Notes: generated from the letters alone by a model not told the origin. A stretch of 64,000 nt of DNA from the human T2T-CHM13v2.0 reference genome, Homo sapiens (GCF_009914755.1 NC_060928.1); one strand, 5' to 3'. Counted from the first letter of the stretch, positions 27,403 to 47,893 are shown. Translations and numbers: made by a program.

Positions 27403-27878
27403 TGTAAACCCAGAACATCTGAGACGGGTCTCAGTTCATTTAGAAAGTTTATTTTGCCAAGGTTGAGGCTGCGCGAGCCTGGGACACAGCCTCAGGAGGG
27501 CGCGTCCTGACGACACGCGCCCAAGGGGGTCCGGACACAGCGTGGTTTTATACATTTTAGGGAGACAGGAGACATCAATCGGTACATGTAAGAAGTACAT
27601 TGGTTCGGTCAGGAAAGGTGGGACAACTTGAAGCAAAGACAGGAAGACTCCAAGCGGGAAGTGGGCTTCCAAATCACAGGTAGGCAAGAGATAAACAGTT
27701 GCATTCTTTTGAGTTTCTGATTATCCTTTCCAAAGGAGGCAATCAGATCTGCATTTATCTCAATGAGCAGAGAGATAACTGTGAATAGATGGGAGGCAGG
27801 TTTGCCCTGAGCAGTTTTCAGCTTGAGTTTTCCTTTTTGCTTAGTGATTTCGGGGGCCCAATATATTTTCCTTTCACA
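27403..27878 (-). mobile_element. MER4A-like ERV1 solo LTR
   Basis: tgtaaacc...tctgagacgggtctcag...agtttattttgccaagg...ttttcctttcaca; TG/CA ends; near-TSD ataa/atac. Confidence 0.8.
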
Positions 27879-28148
27879 ATACGAAAGTTCCTGGCCAGCC
27901 CCAGCGGGTGCTGGTAACTACATCAGTTTCAATAAAGAGTTGTCAATGATGCCAAAATGACATCCTTAGGAAGTTATGCATTTGGTTTTTCCCTGTGTGG
28001 GCCTAGTTGCTGGGCCTGTGAGAGCTTCAGTGAAGAAAGTGAAGACAGCCTTTTAACGTAACATCAGGAGAGGGTGACAGGTGTGACGAGGGGTGATACC
28101 TGCTGGAGTCTCTCTCCTAGGAGGAGGTATATGAAATGTACTGCATAA

Positions 28149-28679
<531 letters not shown>

Positions 28680-28987
28680 TGATACTCCATAGGAGCAGGC
28701 TAAAATCCTCCATTGCCGATTGGAGAGCTGGCTGCGCCCTCCTGGCTGGGCGTCCTTGGGCCAGAGCCTGGACTGTTCTGAGCTCTGGTTTCCTTCTCTG
28801 TGCAATGGAGACTGGGAGCCCATTTACTTTAAAGGCTGGGTGTGCCGAGGAGAGCAGGTCCAAGGCCCAGACCTGGCACATGGTAGGTGCTCAGTGAATG
28901 CCTCCCCGCCTGCTCCACAGGGAGCATGATCTCAGGAGATGTTGAGCCCAGTGGGGATGAGCCCAGATCTGGGTCCAGGGTCCTGGG

Positions 28988-29568
28988 TGTGAATCTCAAC
29001 CACCAAAATGAATGACTGAAGCAGGTGTCACAATCAATCGAGGTTTATTGAGCCAGCTCGAGGGTGCACCTGGAAAAACGCAAGTCACAGACTTGGCTGT
29101 TTTTTCCAAAGAGGTTCTCAGGAGGTTTAATATTTATACATTTTCCTTTAAAAAGGCGGGGGGCGGGGGGTGGTTGGGGGGTGGGGCAGCAATGAGAGGA
29201 ACAGTTACACACTTGAAAGACTTTCGTTAGTGCCTAGTAAATCTACAGTTTACATAAGATCAGGTGAACATTTGAAGAAAAAGAGAACAGAGGAAGCAGG
29301 CGTCTCATCTTGTCTTTGTTCTGTACCTGGGAAGATAAGCCAGCCGTCAACATGATCAGCATGGAGTCTTTTGAAAGGGCGGGTTTCTGTTTAGTCCTTA
29401 GGGAAGAAAGCCTTATGGTGGTTGGCTAGCAAGGGAAGGGGTACAATGAGTTGTGTTCCACCTCTCATCCCGACCTTTACGGCACCGGGAATTCAGCTTC
29501 CAAGGTTTCTCTGGGGTCCCATTGGCCAAGAAGCCCCAACTGTTAATCAGTTGGCAGCTTAGAATTTT
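28988..29568 (-). mobile_element. MER4-group ERV1 LTR interrupted near its end by the L1 (remainder at about 35606-35619)
   Basis: gaagcaggtgtcacaatcaatcgaggtttattg...gcttagaatttt; continues acttttcttcctca beyond the L1 TSD. Confidence 0.6.
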
Positions 29569-29780
29569 TTTTTTTAATTATTATTTAAGTTTTAGGGTAC
29601 ATGTGCACAATGTGCAGGTTAGTTACATATGTATACCTGTGCCATGCTGGTGCGCTGCACCCACTAACTCGTCATCTAGCATTAGGTATATCTCCCAGTG
29701 CTATCCCTCCCCCCACCCCCACCCCACATCATTCCCCAGAGTGTGATGTTCCCCTTCCTGTGTCCATGAGTTCTCATTGT

Positions 29781-33620
<3,840 letters not shown>

Positions 33621-33668
33621 TTATTTTGCTCGTTAGTTGATGCAGTTTCTTCCTAGTCTCGATGGTCT

Positions 33669-34682
33669 TTACATTTTGGCTTGATTTTGCAGCGGCTTGT
33701 ACCAGTTGTTCCTTTCCATGTTTAGCGCTTCCTTCAGGAGCTCTTTTAGGGCAGGCCTGGTGGTGACAAAATCTCTCAGCATTTGCTTGTCTGTAAAGTA
33801 TTTTATTTCTCCATCACTTATGAAGCATAGTTTGGCTGGATATGAAATTCTGGGTTGAAAATTCTTTTCTTTAAGAATGTTGGATATTGGCCCCCACTCT
33901 CTTCTGGCTTGTAGAGTTTCTGCCTAGCGATCAGCTGTTAGTCTGATGGGCTTCCCTTTGTGGGTAACCTGACCTTTCTCTCTGGCTGCCCTTAACATTT
34001 TTTCCTTCATTTCAACTTTGGTGAATCTGACAATTATGTGTCTTGGAGTTGCTCTTCTCGAGGAGTATCTTGGTGGCGTTCTCTGTATTTCCTGAATCTG
34101 AACGTTGGCCTGCCTTGCTAGATTGGGGAAGTTCTCCTGGATAATATCCTGCAGAGTGTTTTCCAACTTGGTTCCATTCTCCCCATCACTTTCAGGTACA
34201 CCAATCAGACGTAGATTTGGTCTTTTCGCATAGTCCCATATTTCTTGGAGGCTTTGCTCATTTCTTTTTATTCTTTTTTCTCTAAACTTCCCTTCTCGCT
34301 TCATTTCATTCACTTCATCTTCCATCGCTGATACCCTTTCTTCCAGTTGATCGCATCAGCTCCTGAGGCTTCTGCATTCTTCACGTAGTTCTCAAGCCTT
34401 GGTTTTCAGCTCCATCAGCTCCTTTAAGCACTTCTCTGTATTGGTTATTCTAGTTATACATTCATCTAAATTTTTTTCAAAGTTTTCAACTTCTTTGCCT
34501 TTGGTTTGAATTTCCTCCTGTAGCTCAGAGTAATTTGATCGTCTGAAGCCTTCTCTCAGCTTGTCAAAGTCATTCTCCATCCAGCTTTGTTCCGTTGCTG
34601 GTGAGGAACTGCATTCCTTTGGAGGAGGAGAGGCGCTCTGCTTTTTAGAGTTTCCAGTTTTTCTGCTCTGTTTTTTCCCCAT
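33669..34682 (-). pseudogene. L1 ORF1p remnant (disrupted)
   Basis: MGKKQSRKTGNSKKQSASPPPKE... broken into ORFs 34392..34682 and 33924..34325 by stops and frameshifts. Confidence 0.9.
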
Positions 34683-35132
34683 CTTTGTGGTTTTATCTAC
34701 TTTTGGACTTTGATGATGGTGATGTACAGATGGGTTTTTGGTGTGGATGTCCTTTCTGTTTGTTAGTTTTCCTTCTAACAGACAGGACCCTCAGCTGCAG
34801 GTCTGTTGGAGTACCCTGCCGTGTGAGGTGTCAGTCTGCCTGGGCTGGGGATGCCTCCCAGTTAGGCTCCTCGGGGGCCAGGGTTCAGGGACCCACTTGA
34901 GGAAGCAGTCTGCCCGTTCTCAGATCTCCAGCTGCATGCTGGGAGAACCACTGCTCTCTTCAAAGCTGTCAGACAGGGACATTTAAGTCTGCAGAGGTTA
35001 CTGCTGTCTTTTTGTTTGTGCCCTGCCCCCAGAGGTGGAGCCTCCAGAGGCAGGCAGGCCTCCTTGAGCTGTGGTGGGCTCCACCCAGTTGCAGCTTCCA
35101 GGCTGCTTTGTTTACCTAAGGAAGCCTGGGCA

Positions 35133-35762
35133 ATGGCAGGCGCCTCTCCCCCAGCGTGGCTGCCACCTTGCAGTTTGATCTCAGACTGCTGTGCTAGCAA
35201 TCAGCGAGACTCCTTGGGCATAGGACCCTCCGAGCCACGTGTGGGATATAATCTCCTGGTGAGCCGTTTTTTAAGCCCGTCGGAAAAGCACAGTATGCGG
35301 GTGGGAGTGACCCGATTTTCCAGGTGCCATCTGTCACCCCTTTCTTTGATTAGGAAAGGGAACTCCCTGACCCCTTGCGCTTCCCAAGTGAGGCAATGCC
35401 TCGCCCTGCTTCGGCTAGCACATGGTGCGCTGCACCCACTGACCTGCGCCCACTGTCTGGCACTCCCTAGTGAGATGAACCCAGTACCTCAGGTGGAAAT
35501 GCAGAAATCACCCATCTTCTGCGTCGCTCACGCTGGGAGCTGTAGACCGGAGCTGTTCCTATTCGGCCATCCTGGCCCCTCCCCCCACCGGCAGCTTAGA
35601 ATTTTACTTTTCTTCCTCAGTCTGCTAACCAGGCATCTTGGGAGAGTTTGTTCATTCATTCATTCGTTCATTCATTCATTCATTCAAGTATTGTTAAGCA
35701 CAGCTTTGTGCAGCATGTGTATGCTTGGCATTGCAGCAGCAGCAGCAGTGAGGCCAATGTAA
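35133..35762 (+). other. L1 ORF0 homologue, extended to 209 codons, downstream of the L1 antisense promoter
   Basis: gcaATGG start. MAGASPPAWLPPCSLISDCCASNQRDSLGIGPSEPRVGY...RVGVTRFSRC matches ORF0. No stop until beyond the L1 5' end. Expression unknown. Confidence 0.6.
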
Positions 35763-36231
35763 GGGCAGTGGGGAAGCTGGGGAGGAAGGTAGGGAGAAAG
35801 GGGCAGAAGAGGAGGGGATGAGTCCAGAGCGCCTCATCTTGGAAGACGTTGCAGACTGTTCCAAGATAGTTGCATTTACTTCTGAGTGAGACAGGAAATC
35901 ACCAGCATGTTTTGAGTAGGGAAGTGACTTGCTTTATGTTTTACAAGGACCAGTGTGGTTTCCATGAGGAAAACAGACTGTAGGGGCAGAGGCAGAAGCA
36001 GGGAGCCCTGGTAGGAGACTGCTGTGGCCCGTGTAAGAGATGGTGCTGACTGACGGGGCAGGGAGAAAGCCTGGAGCTTTGTGTTTGTTTGGACGATCAA
36101 TATCCCACCTCCTCTATGTTAAAGTAGACCTAATAGGCCTTCATATGAATATCAAGAGGTTTAAATAATCTCACGTGGGTAAAGCATATAGAAGAGTGTT
36201 GGGCACACACTGATACTCAAAATGTATTCTC

Positions 36232-36494
36232 GGCTGGGCACAGTGGCTCACACCTGTGATCCCAGCACTTTGGGAGGCTGAGGCAAGCGGATCACTTGAG
36301 GTCAAGAGTTCAAGACTAGCCTGGCCAACAGGGTGAAACCTCATCTCTACTAAAAATACAAAAATTAGCCAGGTGTGGTGGTGGGTGCCTGTTATCCCAG
36401 CTACTCGGGAGGCTGAGGCATGAGAATCGCTTGAACCCAGGAGGTGGAGGTTGCAGTGAGGCGAGATCACACAACTCTGTCTCAAAAAAAAAAA
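36232..36494 (+). mobile_element. Alu (AluSx-like) with a right-arm deletion
   Basis: Dimer lacking the ccactgcactccagcctggg block. Confidence 0.88.
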
Positions 36495-36690
36495 GAAATA
36501 TTCTCATTCATCATCATTCACCATATAGAAAGGTGTGCACAGAACAGGCTCTCAAGGTACCCTGCCTTGCTGGCTGGCTGGCTGTGCCCAGGCCCAGGCA
36601 CACAGAGGCATCATTTTACCCCTTCTTTGGGCATAACACTGATCATGATATTGCAGGCACAGTGGCTGTGAGATACATTTGATGGTCACC

Positions 36691-37042
36691 TATATTAATT
36701 TGTTCTCACACTTGTAATAAAGATATACCCGAGACTGAGTAATTTATAAAGGAAACAGGTTTAACAGACTCACAGTTCCACGCCTCACAGTTATGGCGGA
36801 AGGCAAATGAGGAGCAAAGTCACATCTTAAATGGCAGCAGGCAAGAGAGAGCATGTGCAGGGGAACTCCTCTTTATAAAACCATCAGATCTCATGAGACT
36901 TACCCACTGTCACAAGAACAGCATGGGAAAGACCCACCCCAGTGACTCAGTTACCTCCCACTGGGTCAGTCCCATGACATGGGGATTATGGGAGCTACAA
37001 TTCAAGATGAGATTTAGGTGGGGACACAGCTAAACCATATCA
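36691..37042 (-). mobile_element. THE1 (THE1C/D-like) MaLR solo LTR
   Basis: atacccgagactgagtaatttataaagg...gggacacagctaaaccatatca; about 350 bp; 5-bp near-TSD tcacc/taacc. Confidence 0.85.
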
Positions 37043-37466
37043 TAACCTAATGGTTCTCAGGGCTACAGAGAAAAGTGCATTTTTCTGAATCCCCCGTCTC
37101 TCGGCCTCTAAACAGTCCATTTTCAGTTCAGTTGGGATGGATGCTGTGTGATCGCGTGAGCTCTGTGGCTCAGCACCTCACGAACAGGTTGCTGCACCAA
37201 AGCCAGTGTCATCCCAATAACAGCGGGGCTCTGGGTGGAGTTTGCTGTCATCCCATTCCAGGGGCCACACAACCCACCTGTTCATTTGGATGTCTGTCTG
37301 ACTGTCCCCCCATAGCTGTTTCTCTTGAAAAGCTCTGGGAGAAGGTGGTAAAATCACAGCCCTGTCATGCGGGGACTTCTCAGCTTCAGGCTGTCCCAGG
37401 AAGTTAGGGCTGAGAAAAAGAGAAAACACTGGACTCTGTCCTTGAAGAACACAGGCATGATAACAG

Positions 37467-38080
37467 GTGCTTATGAAGTGTCTGAGAGTAGTTCCCAAAC
37501 CACCTTCACTTCTTCTGATGTCAGATGCAAGTTTGGTGGTCCTGAAGATCCCCCTCAGGCTCTTTAACTCACCAGAAGGACTCCCAGCACTCCCTGACAG
37601 CTGCTGTGCTCAGGGCCAGGCTGATGATAATGGAAGGCTACAGACTAAAGTCAGCCAAGGGAGAGGCATAGGGCTCGAGGAGGGCTCCCTGCACAGAGCT
37701 TCTGGGTGTCCTCTCCTGGTGGAGCTGGGGGCAGCACTTACTCCCCCTGGCCACAATATGTGACAAGGCACACAGAGTGTCACCAAGCAGGGAAGCTTGC
37801 CCAGGCTTCAGTGTCCAGAGTTTTTATTGGGCTCAGCTACACTGGTATGGCTGACCCGCCGCCCCCACAGCTGCCCTGAGCCTCCAGCCCTTCAGAGGTC
37901 AAGCTGAGACCACATGCCCTAAGGCCTCCCTGCCGTAAATCACAGTGTTAGCATAGACTATCAAGGCCGCCAGGTCAGCAAAGACACTCCAGTCAGACCA
38001 AACATTCCAGGGGCTGAGAGGTGACATACCAGGGGCCAAGGACAGGCCAGACCCCTCTTTGGTCAAGATTAAGTGCTGCA
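37467..38080. mobile_element. MER21-like LTR
   Basis: Resembles MER21 (cccaaaccaccttcacttc..., gtccagagtttttattggg, ggccagacccctctttgg). A related fragment lies at about 48350-48740. Confidence 0.55.
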
Positions 38081-38342
38081 TGGCACTGGAAGTCTAAAGT
38101 GTCTGTTCAAGGTCACTCAGCTGGGGCCTAGGAGTCAGGCCCAAGCCTCGTAACATTCTAGTGGGAAGTAGTGATTCGGAGAACACAAGAAGGGAGAAGG
38201 AATGTGCCCTCCTTGATGGAAGGGTTGAGGCTTGCTCATTTCTCCACCCCTGGGGTTGTGTCCAGGGCATAACCCACTCTAGACAATCAGTCAATATTGA
38301 TGAATACACAAATCAGTCAATCAGTTAATGTATTAATGAATT

Positions 38343-38648
<306 letters not shown>

Positions 38649-38694
38649 TACATCAATGCATCAGCTAAACAATTGTCATTCTGAAGATGTCATA

Positions 38695-39190
38695 TTAGGT
38701 ATTAGTTTTCTATAGCCACTATAACTAATGACCACAAACTCAGTGGCTTAAAGCAACACAAAGTTATGTTACATTTCTGGAGGTCAGAAGTCTGATGTGG
38801 ATCTCTCTGGGTTAAAATGAAGGTGTCAGCAGGGCTGACTCCTCCTGGAGGCTCCAGGGGAGAAACAGTTTTCTTGACTTTTCCAGTTTCTAAAGGCCAC
38901 CCACATTCCTTGGCTCAGGGCCCTTTCTTCCATCTTCAGGGCCAGCTACTCCTGCCTCTGCTTCCACCATTACATCTTCTCTGACTGTGACCCTCCTGCC
39001 TCCCTCATTCACTTATAAGAACCCTGTGATGACATTGGAGCCAACAGTGTCATCCAGGATCTTCTTTCCGTCTCAGGATCCTTAACTCAGTCCCACCTGC
39101 GAAGTCTCTTTACCATGTAAAGTTCCGTGCTCAAAGGTTCCAGGGATTGGGACGTGGACATCTTTAGGGAGACATTCTGTGTACCACGGA
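38695..39190 (-). mobile_element. MaLR LTR (MLT1C/D-like)
   Basis: tattagttttctatagcc...ttctggaggtcagaagtc...cttataagaaccctgtgatgacattgg. Confidence 0.7.
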
Positions 39191-39475
39191 GAAAAACAGT
39201 ACATTTCCAAAGAGAGAAATAAATTTGTTTATTGAAGGCCATGAAAACCCTGATTTTCTGGGCAGTAACCTATTGGAAGCAGATCTTGAGAGAAAATGAC
39301 AGAAGCCTGGGCACCACAGACCTCCCCGTCGCCGGGAAGCAGGTGTCCATGGGCGCTGCAGAGTGCAAGGCAGTTTCCATGGTCCTTTATTAGGCTTAAA
39401 GGGTTATACACCATGACCAAGGATGCAGGGACTGAGAAAAATAGGCTGGGTGATTCATATCTCCCTTTACAGTAA

Positions 39476-39807
<332 letters not shown>

Positions 39808-42800
39808 TGTGGCTTTTTATTTTAATTTAGTAAAACTACTGGGGTAAATGTGTTTTCTTTGCAGAAGTACAACTCACAGTGCCCTTGTATCACATGCTAC
39901 CCCTCTTTCCTTTTGGTAATTTTCACAACCATCTTACCTCCCTGCAAAGAGGTACGGGGGAGAGAAGAGTCGTTCAAGAAGCACAGACCAGGTTATGGGC
40001 CCATTTCAGCTGCATACCTGCTGTGTGGCCTAGTCCATATCACTTAACCTCTCTGATCCAGGAATTCTTGGCTACCTTCCTTTTAAGTTCTTAACCATAT
40101 GAAAGAGCCACTTAACACCCCAGAATGCCTCCTGTTGTTCTCAAGAAGAAGTCCAACATCCTTAATCTGGCCCATCATGACCACTTAGCTTGGTCCACGA
40201 GGCCCATCCAGCCTGTCCACAAGATGCCCCCAACCTGACCCACAAGGTCTTCCTGGCCTGACCTATGACGCTTCCACCCAAGCTGGCCCACAGGATCCAC
40301 CTGTCCAGCCTGGCCCATGAGGTCCACACAACCTGGCCCACTCATCACCCTTCCTAAAGTTCTGTCCCTTGCTCCCTGACTTCCAGCTGGCCTCAGATGT
40401 CTCTCAGTTCCCCCAAGGGTGCACTTGTCCCTCCCACCCCAGTGCCTGAAACTGTCTTCCTCCCTTCCCTGGGCTTTGCCTAGCCAGCTCATTCTTGCTC
40501 TTTGAGTCTCAGCTGAAATGTCACTTCTTTAGGGGAGCCCTCCTCTGACCTCTCCCCAGACCTGTCTAACTTAGGACTTCCATCCTCCTGGTCATCACAT
40601 GTGCCACAGCCTGGGGGGAGCATGTGTGCAATGTCCCCTGTTGGGCTGTGAACTCCCTCGGGTCTGGGTCCACACCTGCCTCGGTCACCGCAGTGTCCCT
40701 GGCACAGGGCCTTGCCTGCGGTAGGTGCCAGGAGACATTTGCAAAATGAACGTATGCATGCTGTGAGGATGACACACATATTTATCCCAGAGCGTTCACT
40801 TTTAGGACCCCCTCCATCTCCTGCTGTCCAGGTAACTATGATCACAGTCATGCTGTGTAACAAGACACCGGGAAACCCAGGGGCTGAAAACAACAGTGAT
40901 TTGCTCTCATGGGCTGCAGCTTGGCCAGCAGTTAGCTGATCTAGGCTGGGCTTGATTAACTTGACTCAGCCTTGCTCCATGTCCCTCCCATCTTCCCCCT
41001 AAGACCTGTGGACTAGCCTGGGCATGTTCTTCTCATAGCAATAGCTGAGGTCTAGCCTCCAAAGCAGCACACCTCACTTCCACCTCATTCTGTCGCCCAA
41101 AGCAAGTTACGTGCCTGAACTCAGTGTAGCAGAGGCAGGGAAGTGCTCTCCACTCACCTTGAGAAGTCCCTGCAAAGTTATGTGGCAAGGGGTGTGGGTG
41201 CCGGGAGAGAGACTGGGAGGCGGTGCGCTGAGCTGCCGGGGTGTTTTGTGGGATCCCCCATAGTCCCTGCAGGTTTGTATGCAGGTATCCTCCCTTCCTT
41301 TTTTAAGGGAGTTGGCCCATGGTCATGCTTCTGGTGGATGGCCCAGTACTGCAGGTGCCAGAGCTCCTGCCCCTTGTTCAACCCACTTCCCATTTTTAAG
41401 AGACTCAAGCTCACCTGTGCTCTCCAGGACCCACTTGTCAGGGGAACTGGAGCACACTTTACTCTGAAGTCATTAAATGTGCATCTTCAGAACAATCAGG
41501 CTGGGGTCCCTGGGGAACATTCTTGGGTCCTGTGATGAGGAACAAAAGTCTCCCAGGGGCCAGACCATGTCCAGGGAATCCCAGAAAGATCCATTCCGTG
41601 GACTCTGAACCTTCATTGGTGCATCTTCAGCCCTGGCCACATCCTTGCCTTTCTTGAACCCCACCATGGTCCAGTTTGCCAGATCACTTGGCAGTGTGTA
41701 TTTGGGTCCTTCGTATGGTGTTGGCCCCCTCACTAGTCCTGTGCCTCTGCAACACTCTATACTTCAGTCCTACTGGGCCACCTGCCCATTTCTGGCTTTG
41801 TACCTCTCCTTCCTTCCCTCCCTCCCATCTCTCCCCTCCTCCTGCTTGCCTTGCAAACAACTGAAACAAAAACTGCCTCTGCTCAGAGGGAATTATTCTC
41901 ACCTCTTTTCCCCCAAATGCTTTGTTCCTAGAATGACAATAGCAGTGGATAACACTTCTTGAGAACCACACACTAACTTCTCCAACTTTTATCTAATGAT
42001 ACTAGCTAGCATTTATTAAGTGCTTGCTGTGTGCTGTGAGCCAGCCAATCCCCATAAATCCTTTCTAATCCTCATAATCAGCCCTCAAAGCAGGTATTAT
42101 CAGCCCCCTTTGACAGATAAGACTGAGCCTTGAGTAGGTTAAGGAAGCTTTGTAAAGCTCTAGACTATGGGTATCTTCCTTGCCCCAAGTACCTGCTGTG
42201 TGAGAAACCTGGGGAGGGCAGGTGGTGGTTTGAATGCGGCTGCAGAGGAGACAGCTGAGTGAAGGAGCAAGTACAAAGTGAGCAGTTTGTATTTGCCTGG
42301 GCTGTGTGTGCTTCTGTTTGAGGGGGAGGGGATAGCCTCCTAAGCTTGGGGGATGAGGCTCAGGGCCAGCTTCTATTCCCCACCAGAGTTCCACTGTGTC
42401 CTGACCCCTTTACACACACTGGGAAAGCAATAATGCAAATTAATTCTGGTTCTATTTCAGGCACAGAATAAATCAGTATCTCCCAAGTGACATATGCCAG
42501 CATTAGTGGGAAGTGATGTGTTTTATGGCCTGTCAGACCATGTGACAAAGAACGCAGACTTGAGTCTTTCCAAGGAGCAGACAGGATCCAGCACATTTCT
42601 TATTAGAAGGAGCCTAAGCTAATGGACCCTGTTGTTTTTACAAAGCTAACCCTTCTCTAATTTACAAATCCCGCATATTTTTGTGATTTGACCATTGTGA
42701 ACAATAAAGAAAAAGGTTTGTCCCAACCACTGCTGTAGAATAGGAGAGTCCAAGAATGACAGTCAACTTAAAAATCTGTCTCCTGGCAGAAAATTGGGAT

Positions 42801-45446
42801 TCTCAGAGGCTAGAAAATAATGTCCATCATCCCCACTCATTGAAAGTGTTTTTACTGTGAAATATAAGACATATGAATAAATAAAGCATAATCTTACAAA
42901 TTAACAAATGATTATTGTAAAACATTTATGAAACCATATAGAGCAAGAAAGAGAATGTAGCTGGGACCCCAGAACACCCCCAATGCCTCCTCCCCATCCT
43001 AACACCCTCCCTGCTCCCAGGAGCCATCATCCAGCTGATACAGAAATCAGATCCCTAGTTTGATTTACAGTTGTAAATCTCAGAGCACATCCTGGACATT
43101 GTTGTGCAGCTTTGGCAGTTTTTGAACTTTATATAAATGGAATCATACAGCATGTGCTTTGTCCCATTGGCCTTTCACTCAACTTGATATTTGAGAGATC
43201 CATCCGTGTGGTTGTATGTTGTAGTTCATTCTTCCTCATTGCTGTGGAGTGTTCTGTTGTATAAATACACTGCCATACATTTACCCATCCTACTAGTGAT
43301 GGGCTTTGGAGTCTTCTTGTGTTAGCCTATTACACACTGGCTGACGTGAACTTTCTTGTAGAAGCTGTGTGTACATATTTTTCTTGGATATACCAAAGAG
43401 TGGAAGTATTGGATTAAAGAATATGTGTAGCTTCAATTTATATCTCATATAGTTGTTGATTAAGATTTGGAATTTATAGGTCAATTTGAGGAGAATTAAT
43501 GTGTTTACAATATCAAGTCTTCCAATCAAGAAACATGGTATATTGCTACAATTATTTAGGTCGTATTTAATTTAGTTTTTCTTAATATTGCTTTGTGGTT
43601 TCTACCATTAGCTATAATATGTAATATAGCTGTTGTTTTTTTTTAATCAAGTTAAGGAAGTTTCTTTCCATTCCTAATTTGCTAAGTGTGTTTCTCATGC
43701 ATAGAAATTAAATTTTGTAAAATGCTTTCATCTTCCTCTACTGAGGTAATCAGTGTAATATTTTTCTCCTTTATTCTGTTAATTTGGCAAATTTCATTGA
43801 TTTGGTAATGTTATTAACTACATACAAATTTATAACTTTTTCATTTTTCCAGTGAATTAAACCTTTTAGCATTAGGAAATGACCCCTTTGTGTCTAGTCA
43901 TGTTTTGTTTTCTTTTTCTTAAAGACTATTTTATCTGCTATTCATGTAGCAAAAAGTGACCCTGTGTTTACTAGGTGCTGGCCGTTCATTTATTCATTCA
44001 TTCACTCATTCATTCTTTAAAAAATATTTACCTGAGTAGCATCAAGGTCATGGGCACTGGAACCCAACTGTCAGAGCTGTGTGTAAACTTGTGCAACTGA
44101 TTTAACTTCTCTTTTACATGTAAAGAGGAAGCCTCAGTTTCCTCATCTGTAAATTTCTTCCATCAGTTTGGGAAATTTCATTATCTCTTCAAATACTGCT
44201 TCTACCCAGACTTGCCCTCCGATCCTTCAGAGACTCCAATTTAACATGTTGGACCTTCCCATTGTATGTGCTCTGTCATTATCTTTTCCTCCATATTTTC
44301 CATCCTTTAGTCTCTCCTTGCTTTGTTCTGCTAGTTTCTTCTGATCTATTTTCCAGTGTGCTAATTCTCTCTTCAGCTGCACCTAAACTGCTATTAAACC
44401 TGTACACTGAGTTTAATATTTTTCAATTCTAGACAATATTTTCAATTCTAGAACTGCTAGTTGGCTCTTTTTAAACTAAGTAGTGTTACTTTTTATAATT
44501 TCCAGCTCCTTGCTTAAAGGTTTAAGAGTGGCTTTTAGCTTCATGAGCATAGTAAGCATTGATATTTTAAAGACCATGTCTTGTAATTACATGCTGACTT
44601 GTAATTACTCTCTGAAGTACCTGTGGGTTTGTTTCTGATGCCCATTGTTTGTGTAGGTCTTTGATCATGTTACCTTATCTCCTCATGTGTCTGTTTATAT
44701 TTTGTGTACTATATTTCAAATTTGCACACTTATTTGTAGAAATATTTTCAGGTATACAATGATACTGTCCTTCTCCAAAGAGGATTTTCGTTTGCTTTTG
44801 TCAGATATCAGCACCTCTAGTGATCCAGGGTCACCTTAATTCAAAGTCAGGGCTTAAAATATCCTGGGCAATCTAAATAACTTGACTCCAGGTTACAGTT
44901 TGTATAACGAGTCTGGACTGGTTCCCTTCCATTTTACTAATATTTCTCCAGTATGGCTTTTTGGGTACCAACTGTAAGTGTGGAATGGTTTACCAGGCCC
45001 CCACCCGTAATGAACAATGAACTTGAACTTCGGTCCTCTGACAGCGTCAGGCTGTCAAAGGACCTGCTCAGCTGTTCAGCCATCCCCTCTGAATCAACCA
45101 ACACTCCCTAGGTAAAAGCCGCCCAAAGACTGGGCATGCCCCTCCAGATGTGTCTTCTTAGACCTTGGCCCATGTACTCATCACAATCTTGTTAGATCTT
45201 TGCAACTTTTATGAAGATTTAATAATTATTTTGTCCACTTATCTTTTTCATTCACCCCTAGTGAAAAGATTGGTCCAAGTTATCTGGTTAGCCATATCAG
45301 AAATATAATCTCTAAATCTTTTAAAAGAATGTGGGTTCCATATGCCCTTGTCATGGTCACTTTATTCTGACCAAAGTCAGGGTTGGCGATGAGCTTAAGA
45401 GTGTGGCATTCATTAGGTTGAATTAACATTGATTTGAATGAAATTT

Positions 45447-47893
<2,447 letters not shown>

